Source: Octopus bimaculoides
Lineage: Eukaryota
Length of the DNA stretch: 45,841 nucleotides
Direction: 5' to 3'
NCBI RefSeq assembly: GCF_001194135.2
Contig: NC_068981.1
Span: 179,080,065-179,125,905 of the forward strand
The translations under genes and the position numbers were made by a program. This document shows positions 35,930 to 45,841 of this stretch, in pieces (within the stretch, counting starts at the first letter, position 1; each line of letters opens with the position of its first letter). A model generated the notes under the pieces. That model saw only the letters and a program-made list of their open reading frames with translations, searched no databases and was not told where the DNA came from.

Positions 35930-37420
35930 TTTACTAAGAGCATACCTCGTTTCTTGTACTCGTACTGGTATCCAATCCTGTCGTTCATATTCACAACTGA
36001 TCCAGAATGCTTCCAATTGTTCTTGCAGAATTTCTAAACTTACTTTATGTTTAGTGGTTTCTTTACTTTTATTTGTTGCTTCCCTTATTCTCTGCACTTT
36101 CTCTGATGCTCTGACGAACTTGCTTGCTTCCGTCTAGAAAACTTTGCTTTGTTTAAAACTTATTCCTCTTATCAAATATTCCAATCTGTCACAGTTTCAC
36201 TTGGAATACGTTAATTCAAGGTCTCCCTGATGGTAAGGAGTGCTTCTTTGTTTGTAGTTTTATATTCTCTCTTCATTTTTCTTATTCTTTCTTGTCATAA
36301 CATTCATACCTCTTGATAATTCATTTACAATTGAGAATACTCTTCTTAGACATTCTACTTCCTTCTGTGTCTTAACTTTGAACTAAGGTCGTTGATTGAC
36401 ACATTTTCTTTCCGTTTCTTCGTTTCAAGATTCATATGGGTTCTAAGAGCATTTGCCGTTGAATACACAAGGTTATATATATTTGTACGGTCCTTGTCAT
36501 TTCCTTGTCATTTGTAGGGTCCTTGTCCTTTCGTTGCTGAGTTGCATACCTCTATTTTGTAAGAGTTTTTCTATTTTCAAATTTTAGGGGTGAATCTCTA
36601 ATTTTTATTTCCGTACGTAAGGTCTTACTTATTTCTTTAACCATATCTTCTTTAGCTTCAGCAATTTCTTCAAGGAACAGCTAGTCATCTTCCTCTTCAT
36701 CAAAGTTTAAAGCTTTATTATTGTCTTGTTGAAGTCGTTCATCATTGCAGATCTCTTTTATTTGTGGTGCAATTTCTTTTTAGCTCATGATGTGGATAGT
36801 AATAACAGATGTCCTAGCATTTACATCTTGTTCTGAAACCTGATTGTCTTCAGTTCTTATTCGCTCTAGTTTCACTTGTGCGAGTCTATGGTTTCTCGTT
36901 ACGTTCCATCGAGTGTTACCTACAGGGTGTCCACAAGGTCTGGGTACATGGAGTAAATAAAATCATAACATAAACAATTAAATATAAGAAATCATAATTT
37001 CTTAAAGTATGTGTTAATCCCCATGTACCTAGACTTTGTGGACACCCTGTAGTTTATTGGCGTTCAGATTTGATATATTTCTCTCTCGTCTTTTCCTCAA
37101 TTCTTTATATCGTTGCTATTATGTTAAACAGTCGTTTGTCCAAATTTGGCCAGATGAGTGTTTTTCAATATTCATTTGTCTTGCAATAACCGTTTCTTTT
37201 GGTCAAACTATCGTATCTCCAGCTGCTTCAATTTTTCGATGCTTTGCTGGGAGACTCAACCTTTGGTAACCGGCACTACGGCTGATGCAGTATGTTTGAA
37301 TTGATTTGGGCATTGTACATTAAGCTCTGAGTATGCATTTTATTCTTATGGGCAAGAGGCACTTATTCGTCTCTCTAGGTAAACCTAAATAGCCTTAGGC
37401 TTTAACATAACATCGATATT
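35930..37420 (-). mobile_element. Heavily decayed N-terminal region of an R4/Dong-like ORF
   Basis: Scattered peptides (KEALLTIRETLN*RI; KQSKVF*TEASKF; LEAFW...W) resemble the pre-RT region of this clade. Many stops. The 5' side abuts (TAG)n(TAA)n. Confidence 0.45.
36923..37049. mobile_element. 127-bp Tc1/mariner-type MITE with TA TSD
   Basis: 29-bp terminal inverted repeats (TIRs) CAGGGTGTCCACAA(G/A)GTCT(G/A)GGTACATGG with 2 mismatches. TA at 36921-36922 and 37050-37051. Confidence 0.92.
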
Positions 37421-37425
37421 AAATG

Positions 37426-37492
<67 letters not shown>

Positions 37493-37506
37493 ATTATTAT
37501 TATTAC

Positions 37507-37555
<49 letters not shown>

Positions 37556-37556
37556 T
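37426..37556. repeat. (ACT)n followed by (ATT)n microsatellite
   Basis: Read directly from the sequence. Confidence 0.95.
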
Positions 37557-38523
37557 CCCATCATCATCATCATTTTGTGGCAATTATTGAACCATTTAAT
37601 CAGGAACAAATGAAACATAGGTTAATGAATTCAAAATGCTTTAGAAACCAAACTTTACCAACTATCATCATTATCATAATCATTTAGTGGATAATTGTTG
37701 AACCATTAGATCGGCAAGAATTCTAATGAATTTAAAGTTAATGAAAAATAGATTTAAAAAAAAAAAGAGAAAACTATATCATACAAATTAAATCAGGGAT
37801 GAGTTTTCTCAATTTAATCATATTGAATAAATGAAATATTTGAAGCATTAAGTAGTCATAACATGAAAATAGTGTAACAAATTGTGGACCGAATTTAAAA
37901 TGTTAAGGTTAAAGTATATCAGTGTTAAACAGGGAAAACTAAAATCAAAAATTTAAATTTAAATGTAATCTTTTTAAATGAAAAAAAAAAAACGAAAATA
38001 CAACTCAATATTCTGCGTGATAGTTATGATATAAACACATTTTAAAGTCACTTATTAATAATTGTTTCTGATTTAGGAACGCAGCCAACAATTTTCAAGG
38101 AAGTGGGCAAAGTGAAACCATAGTCCCAGAATTTAACTGGTATTTTATTTTATCGACTACTACAGAGAAAGATAAAGTTAAATTCGGTGAGTTTTGGACT
38201 GAGAATGTAAAGAGCTAAGCATTTTTTTCGACGCTCTAACGGTTCTATCGTTTCACCATTTTAAACCACTTAATAATGATGGTGAGAACAGAGGTGTGTA
38301 AATAAGGGGACATATGAAGTAGAGAAGAGGAAGAAAGACATTAACACCGTCAATCAAGTCGTTACATTAGTGAATTATTATTAGACCAGTGTATCAGAGT
38401 CAGAAAAAAATTGTAATACGGATTTGAATTTCTCAATAGATATTTTCGGTAGCGTTAAAATGGGATTGGTCAAATGATGTAAACATGAATATCGTATAAA
38501 GTTGTTCCTAATATTTATTTCAT

Positions 38524-39274
38524 AGGCGTAGGAGTGGCTGTGTGGTAAGCAGCTTGCTTACGAACCACATGGTTCCGGATTCAGTCCCTCTGCCTGGCAC
38601 CTTGGGCAAGTGTCTTCTACTATAGTCTCGGGCCGACCAAAGCCTTGAGAGTGGATTTGGTAGACGGAAACTGAAAAGAAGCCCGTCGTATATATATATA
38701 TATATATATATAATTTTATTTAAAAGAGTTCCAACTCTGTCTGTTTTTTATGTTTTTTTATTTATATTCTTGTAAAATTAATGTGGGATTTAGAATATGG
38801 AATATATGATATATAATATAATATAAAAAAAGATGGATGGTACAATGAAATGAAGTATTGAATGTCTTATTGAATATATGGAATATTGAGTGTTCAATAT
38901 AAAGGATTAAATATATAAATATATAAAGGCGAATACGTATTTTCTATACCTTGTGGTATTTCATCATGGCCGGTATGACAGACTGTAACAGACTATATAT
39001 ATAATATATATATATATGTGTGTATGTGTGTATATATGTATGTGTGTATATATGTTTGTGTGTCTGTGTTTGCTCTCCCTCATCAGCATCACTTGACAAC
39101 CGATGCTGGTGTGTTTACGCCCCCGTAATTTAGCGGTTCGGCATAAGAGACCGATAGAATAAGTACTAGGCTTACAAAGAATAAGTCTTGAGGTCGATTT
39201 GTTCGTCTAAAGGCGGTGCTCCAGCATGGCCACAGTCAAATGACTGAAACAAGTAAAAGAGTAAAAGAGTAAAA
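38524..39274 (+). mobile_element. SINE family 2, full length, with a 280-bp insert in its internal (TA)n
   Basis: The 5' half (38524-38713) and 3' half (38994-39274) match 23374-23793. The insert spans 38714-38993. Confidence 0.9.
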
Positions 39275-39456
39275 TGGAAGAAAACAAATACATACGATGA
39301 TATGGGAAGTACTAGTAATACCGTTAACAATGACAAGTTACAGGTTGTGGAAGTCTGTAAGAAGGTATACAATCCTAGTATATCAACGCTCAGTGCCACA
39401 CCCAATGATTTAACATTTTTGGCCGTTTAAAAAACAAGTCTATCTATCTATCTATC

Positions 39457-39513
<57 letters not shown>

Positions 39514-40585
39514 GTCTGTCTGTCTGTCTGCCGGTCTATTTTCTATCAATATGTATATGCGTGAATATGTTAATGTATGTAGACATGTATGTATGTCTCT
39601 CTCTCAATATGTATATGCATATATATGTATAAGCTCGTCGAAACGCCGGTGTTAAAACGTGGGTAGCTGATGAAGTAGAATGTTCTCTATGTGGCTCGTG
39701 TGTTCTCGTCTACGTTTGTTTGCAATGTCCTGTACCCAGATATGCACCTATACATACAGGTGGATGTCGGTATGCACATACCTGTACGTATATATGCATA
39801 TANNNNNNNNNNNNNNNNNNNNNNNNNNNNNNNNNNNNNNNNNNNNNNNNNNNNNNNNNNNNNNNNNNNNNNNNNNNNNNNNNNNNNNNNNNNNNNNNNN
39901 NNNNNNNNNNNNNNNNNNNNNNNNNNNNNNNNNNNNNNNNNNNNNNNNNNNNNNNNNNNNNNNNNNNNNNNNNNNNNNNNNNNNNNNNNNNNNNNNNNNN
40001 NNNNNNNNNNNNNNNNNNNNNNNNNNNNNNNNNNNNNNNNNNNNNNNNNNNNNNNNNNNNNNNNNNNNNNNNNNNNNNNNNNNNNNNNNNNNNNNNNNNN
40101 NNNNNNNNNNNNNNNNNNNNNNNNNNNNNNNNNNNNNNNNNNNNNNNNNNNNNNNNNNNNNNNNNNNNNNNNNNNNNNNNNNNNNNNNNNNNNNNNNNNN
40201 NNNNNNNNNNNNNNNNNNNNNNNNNNNNNNNNNNNNNNNNNNNNNNNNNNNNNNNNNNNNNNNNNNNNNNNNNNNNNNNNNNNNNNNNNNNNNNNNNNNN
40301 NNNNNNNNNNNNNNNNNNNNNNNNNNNNNNNNNNNNNNNNNNNNNNNNNNNNNNNNNNNNNNNNNNNNNNNNNNNNNNNNNNNNNNNNNNNNNNNNNNNN
40401 NNNNNNNNNNNNNNNNNNNNNNNNNNNNNNNNNNNNNNNNNNNNNNNNNNNNNNNNNNNNNNNNNNNNNNNNNNNNNNNNNNNNNNNNNNNNNNNNNNNN
40501 NNNNNNNNNNNNNNNNNNNNNNNNNNNNNNNNNNNNNNNNNNNNNNNNNNNNNNNNNNNNNNNNNNNNNNNNNNNNNNNNNNNNN

Positions 40586-40636
<51 letters not shown>

Positions 40637-40639
40637 ATA

Positions 40640-41040
40640 TATGGAATAGTTTTGGTAAGGCATTGTATTACTTTGAAAAGAATTGTTGTATAAACTCGGA
40701 GGATTGCGAGAAGGTACGAAGTAAACCATTAAAGGAGAGGAGAAAGAAAAGAAAAGAAAAAGTTGCAGATTTACCTTGTATATCTATATTTCAGAGTTAT
40801 AACCCCTTCCTCAGGACATTTTGAAAGAGCCAGGGATGGAAAAGTCTTTGCTCAGATGTGTGGAGGAGGAAGGAGGAAGGTGACATGCGCAGACTGGTGC
40901 TACTATAGTAACCAGTCTGCTTATGTAGTTCCTTCTCGTTCTGAATGGCTGGTCTCAAATTGTTGATAAGGAAGGCCTCCATGTTCCTGAAACCACCCCT
41001 GTTGTTTTGCTATAATGCTGTAGAATAAGTATCTTTAATA
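40640..41040 (-). mobile_element. 3' remnant of a Penelope-like element (GIY-YIG C-terminal motif followed by a hammerhead-bearing terminal repeat)
   Basis: Minus-strand FRNMEAFLINNLRPAIQNEKE fits the E-x3-I-x4-P-x-(L/I) end of GIY-YIG domains. A hammerhead motif lies about 100 nt downstream. Boundaries are approximate. Confidence 0.5.
40780..40819 (-). ncRNA. Minimal type I hammerhead ribozyme with intact core
   Basis: The minus strand reads ATGTC-CTGAGGA-AGGGGTTATAACTCT-GAAA-TATA-GATAT. Stem I has 5 bp, the CUGANGA and GAAA core is intact, stem II has 4-5 bp, and stem III is a loopless palindrome (AUAU) with an AUA cleavage triplet. Confidence 0.6.
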
Positions 41041-43208
41041 AACATTGAATTGAAATGAATAATAATGATAATCTTACATGTGCTAACAATAATTACATTT
41101 ATTCCTCTTTATCTGTGTGCGACAAATGGAAGTTAACTGAAGTTAATCAGTAATATATACTGGAACCTACCTCTGAACTGAAATCAAATGTAACGAAAAA
41201 TACACCAGGAGACAGCTTGACTTGACTATTTGTATTGTGAGTGTTCTGCAAAATATATATTGTGACTTACTAAAATCAAATACTACAAAGAAATAGAAGG
41301 CTATCAGTAAAAGAGGCATTACATGTGTTATTAGCGGTTCCTCATAACGATCGAATCTTTAAAATGTGATTACGAAAATTAAGGTTTTATTGAGATAAAT
41401 AAAGACATTGTTAGTAACACTTGAAGAAATTGTTAATCATTTTTTAAATAACGTTTAAAATTATGACGAGAGAAAATATTATGAGTGATCATGCATATCA
41501 TAATCTCCTACTTACCCCAAATCCAAGGCTTTTACACAAAGGCGATGGACAGAAAAGCATAGAGACACATTAACACGGACATACTCATCAATATACATAC
41601 ACACATTTATGCTCACGTAAATATAGACATAAACAAGCAAATTTATTTTTTTGAATCGATGATTAGATTCACAAATCGTCAATGCAATTTATTTGTCACT
41701 TGTGATATACATAACTTTTAAAGACATTTTATTAAAAGCATTACTTATTAAGTATTGTATTCTACTTTTGATAATTCACATTTCTTCAAATATTAATTTT
41801 CGAATATCAATTTTCAAAAGTAAACGTCAACGTTTCAGAGCTGTATAATCCGATAATTAGCATGTCTAGCTCAGAAAGGAGTGTTTGTGATTGGATAAAC
41901 ACTGTATATTTTATGTGTTGTTTTTGGAAATAGAAAAAAAAACCAAAAAAACAAAAACAAAAACAAAAAAGAAAAAAAGATGATGTGATTGACAAATGAA
42001 AGTTAAAGGGAAATATTTAGTGAGCTTTTATGCATTGATTGTCAAAATTTGCTTTTATATTTCAAGCAGCGCCATAATTACGTGACGGCCTATGTCTGCA
42101 TTATTGTATGATGATACTTATATGATTACCTTGTTTCTAACTCTTTTTAAATTTATCGATGTAGGTGATTTGTTATATGTTTTAATTTTCACATGTATGC
42201 AACGGTTTTCTTTTTCGTGTATGTTAAATTGTTAATCTGACGATAAGACACATATCGGCTGGCTTCTACGAAGACTACGTCAAGCAAGTTTGAAACTGAA
42301 AACGATACGTTTACATTGATCGCGTCAGCAGTTTTTGTTTTAAAACTTAATTCTATGTTAGAAATTAGCATTAGGAAGATTATAGATGCCAGTTTAGGTG
42401 AGAAAAAAAATTCAAATTTGTAAAAAGCAAAGTGTGTTTTGGAATATTCTTCTTTAATAATGAATATTGATTTCCATCGTTAAGTATATTGATTTCTTAT
42501 GATTAATATTTAATAAATTATCAACAAATTACGGCAAAAGCTGTAAAGTTACACTCTCAGTAAGCTGGGATGATCAAATTTTGTTTCCTGTTTATGGTTG
42601 TTTCAATATTCTAATGTAGCTAATGTCATTGAGAATGGCATGAGAATCATCTGCTTATTTCCTCTTCTTGACGAATAAGGAGCGTGTCTGATCTAAGTTA
42701 TAAATTTTGCTAATGAAAATGCGTGTATTTATTACTATTATTTAGTGATTCATGACATTCAGCTAAAAACCAACGAAGAAGCAAATCACATAAATTAATT
42801 TTTTCTAGCATAAATAATTTTTTCTCTCTCCCTCCTCTCTCTCACTNNNNNNNNNNNNNNNNNNNNNNNNNNNNNNNNNNNNNNNNNNNNNNNNNNNNNN
42901 NNNNNNNNNNNNNNNNNNNNNNNNNNNNNNNNNNNNNNNNNNNNNNNNNNNNNNNNNNNNNNNNNNNNNNNNNNNNNNNNNNNNNNNNNNNNNNNNNNNN
43001 NNNNNNNNNNNNNNNNNNNNNNNNNNNNNNNNNNNNNNNNNNNNNNNNNNNNNNNNNNNNNNNNNNNNNNNNNNNNNNNNNNNNNNNNNNNNNNNNNNNN
43101 NNNNNNNNNNNNNNNNNNNNNNNNNNNNNNNNNNNNNNNNNNNNNNNNNATATATATATATATATACATGTAAATATGCATACAAATAGTATATATACAT
43201 CTAATGAC

Positions 43209-43819
43209 ATGTACCGAAAGTGATAAAAATCAAACATCCAGTCAACATCATGGTATTTGGAGTGATCACTAGTTATGCTCCCATTCATCTTCCCACACGA
43301 TCTCACACGCAACACGAAGGCCTACATCAACTACTTGAGGAAATAGTGCTGCCCTGGGTCAAGAGAGTGGGTGCTGGAAGACCCTATGTCTGGCAATGGG
43401 ACTCTGCACCATGCCACACAAGCATGAGAGCCCATTCATGGCTGTCAGACAATTTCTGCAATCACATTACTCCTAACATATGGCTACCCAACTCCCCAGA
43501 CAGCAACCGCCTTGATTAATATGTGTGGGACAAAGTTGTGCGAGAGACAGCAAAACTCCTTGTAACACCAAAGAAGAACTGAAGGCAAGGATTATGGCAA
43601 CATTCAGCAACTTAAACAAGGAGACCGTCCAGAAGATTTGCAGGAGATTCCGAAGTCGTCTGGAGACCGTTGTTGAAGCCAATGGCGATTTTACTGAATA
43701 AATTTACTCTTTAGTATTTCAAGATATTTTTGTGTAATTTTGGTAAATATATTTGTGAAAATGCGATGTCAGTGTTATTTTTATTTTTGCGTAATTTAAA
43801 CGACAGTTTATTCACCCTG
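43209..43819 (+). mobile_element. 3' part of a DD37D (maT-type) Tc1/mariner transposon; pseudogenised transposase
   Basis: KHPVNIMVFGVITS...YVWQWDSAPCHT...WLPNSPDSNRLD*YVW, with 37 residues between the second and third catalytic Asp. The right end ...TTCACCCTG is followed by TA (43820-43821). The 5' part is lost or lies in the gap. Confidence 0.85.
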
Positions 43820-43974
43820 TATATATCTATATATCTATATTAAGGCCTGATTTTTTTAAGGTGTAAAGAGTTCATTTCAATTCCGGTGCTAATATTTAAC
43901 GTCCATCCTCCTGTATATGTCTGCCTCCTTTGAAGCTCTTGTGGTATAATAAGGAAATTATTATTATTATTATT

Positions 43975-44940
43975 GTTCAGTAGTTTTATTTTTATAACGT
44001 GCTTTCACTTCACTACCGAGCGCAGCTCTGTGCGCCTTGGGTATGTGCTGTGGTTTGCTGTGGTGCTCTTATGTTTACTGTATTGAAAGTGTTTTGCGTA
44101 GAATGTGTGCAGTACCCAGTAGTGCAATTTTCTGTATGTTATATATATTTGTAAGTCCTGGTGTTTTTGTTATGTATTTGTCTGAATATTTTTTTATTAT
44201 ACCTAAGGCACCTACTATGACAGGAATTGTTTCTGTTTTTAGACTCCACATTCGAGTTATCTCTATTTCCAGGTCTTTGTATTTTGAAAGTTTTTCCATT
44301 TCNNNNNNNNNNNNNNNNNNNNNNNNNNNNNNNNNNNNNNNNNNNNNNNNNNNNNNNNNNNNNNNNNNNNNNNNNNNNNNNNNNNNNNNNNNNNNNNNNN
44401 NNNNNNNNNNNNNNNNNNNNNNNNNNNNNNNNNNNNNNNNNNNNNNNNNNNNNNNNNNNNNNNNNNNNNNNNNNNNNNNNNNNNNNNNNNNNNNNNNNNN
44501 NNNNNNNNNNNNNNNNNNNNNNNNNNNNNNNNNNNNNNNNNNNNNNNNNNNNNNNNNNNNNNNNNNNNNNNNNNNNNNNNNNNNNNNNNNNNNNNNNNNN
44601 NNNNNNNNNNNNNNNNNNNNNNNNNNNNNNNNNNNNNNNNNNNNNNNNNNNNNNNNNNNNNNNNNNNNNNNNNNNNNNNNNNNNNNNNNNNNNNNNNNNN
44701 NNNNNNNNNNNNNNNNNNNNNNNNNNNNNNNNNNNNNNNNNNNNNNNNNNNNNNNNNNNNNNNNNNNNNNNNNNNNNNNNNNNNNNNNNNNNNNNNNNNN
44801 NNNNNNNNNNNNNNNNNNNNNNNNNNNNNNNNNNNNNNNNNNNNNNNNNNNNNNNNNNNNNNNNNNNNNNNNNNNNNNNNNNNNNNNNNNNNNNNNNNNN
44901 NNNNNNNNNNNNNNNNNNNNNNNNNNNNNNNNNNNNNNNN
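43975..44940 (-). mobile_element. R4/Dong-like retrotransposon 3' end inserted in (TAA)n; most of it lies in the gap
   Basis: EMEKLSKYKDLEIEITRMWSLKTETIPVIVGALG...QKIALLGTAHILRKTLSIQ* (stop 44075-44077), a 100-nt 3' UTR, then (AAT)n at 43958-43974. (AAT)n also lies on the 5' side (44941-45022). Confidence 0.88.
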
Positions 44941-45007
<67 letters not shown>

Positions 45008-45072
45008 GTTATTATTATTATTAAGGTAGCGAGCTGGCAAAATTATTAGTGGCATTTCCTATATCTCTACGT

Positions 45073-45841
45073 TCTGAGTTCAACAACAACAACGGCAGCA
45101 ACAGCAGTAACAGTGACAATAACAAAAACCACAACAGAAACAATAGAAATAAAAATATCAAAAATAGCTTTACAGCAGCCGCCGCCAAGACCAAACACCG
45201 ATATACCTCACAAATAAGGAGCAGATGCTACCAATTGCATGGAAGCTAATTAAACAAGAGAGAAATTGGGCAAATCTGATGTTACCATCGAAGCAATTGA
45301 AGCAGTGGAGAGAAGAACGGTGCTTTTCAGATGCATCTCCGTAAGACACGGACAGAGCGGCTTTGATATCCCAAGTAGGTATTGAAGTGACGCTGAGGTG
45401 CATAAGAAATAACATCCAATACATAGCGAGGGGCAAACAATACAGCACTATTTCGGTACTGTTTAAATCAGAAGCCTTCGCTATGAAATATTCAATGACC
45501 CCCTGCAAAACCAGCAAAGTCATCATGTACCCCTCTCACATGGGGAAACGTACAACCCGTGTCCACATTCCTAGAATCTCCCCCAGGAGTAGATATATGG
45601 TGGCTTCTGGGATGCGTAATCGTGGAGGGGACGGATACTGTCACTATAGAGGCAACAAGAACTGCCAGGAAGGACTGGTCAGGGTTTGACTTGGAGATAC
45701 TTCTCCAGATCAGATCCGAAAACAAAAAATTCCCGGACCACATGAGTCTCCAGAACGGGATGGTGATACATATCAGGACTGAGGACAAAAGACCCAATTG
45801 TTTCATGTGTGGAAAAACGACTCATTTGGCTGTTCGTTGCC
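45073..45841 (+). mobile_element. ORF1 (gag-like, zinc knuckle) of a non-LTR retrotransposon; frameshifted, runs off the window end
   Basis: Low-complexity N-terminus with SFTAAAA, ORF 45363-45689, a frameshift near 45578 into PPGVDIWW...RTEDKRPNCFMCGKTTHLAVRC, and CX2CX4HX4C at 45799-45840. Confidence 0.65.

Noticed and set aside
34051-37420. One full-length R4/Dong element spanning both minus-strand fragments
   Set aside because: Order and strand fit, but the RT core is missing, the intervening gap is only 194 N, and the two pieces differ greatly in decay. Separate insertions are more likely.
2069-45055. Long ORFs of 150-421 aa in the ORF track
   Set aside because: They stay open only because they cross N-gaps or run through di-, tri- or tetranucleotide repeats (poly-YI, HT, D, S, L, K). 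The only real coding parts are the TE peptides already listed.
1-45841. CRISPR array or prokaryotic system
   Set aside because: There are no regularly spaced direct repeats with unique spacers, no operon-like gene density and no cas-like ORFs. The window is eukaryotic repeat-rich DNA.

Overview
AT-rich, microsatellite-dense eukaryotic DNA with 17 N-gaps (about 6.3 kb, about 14% of the window). I infer an octopod cephalopod from the repeat families, but cannot confirm this from the sequence alone. I found no host protein-coding gene I can support. Almost every long ORF in the track is an artefact of N-runs or simple repeats. The window is a transposon graveyard: four tRNA-derived SINE families, several with clear target-site duplications (TSDs); fragments of restriction-like-endonuclease (REL; R4/Dong-type) retrotransposons; RTE-like and ORF1/zinc-knuckle LINE remnants; a DD37D (maT) transposase fragment; a TA-flanked MITE; hAT-like ends; and two rolling-circle-type non-autonomous elements. 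Three observations stand out. (1) Four REL retrotransposon fragments with different 5' truncation points all abut (TACA)n in the same orientation, while a sister lineage sits in (TAA)n, suggesting microsatellite-specific targeting. (2) A non-coding element combines a palindromic tRNA-like Pol III head with a minimal hammerhead-ribozyme motif. (3) A Penelope-like 3' remnant carries a hammerhead of the same design with an intact catalytic core. Family names come from motif recognition, not database searches.
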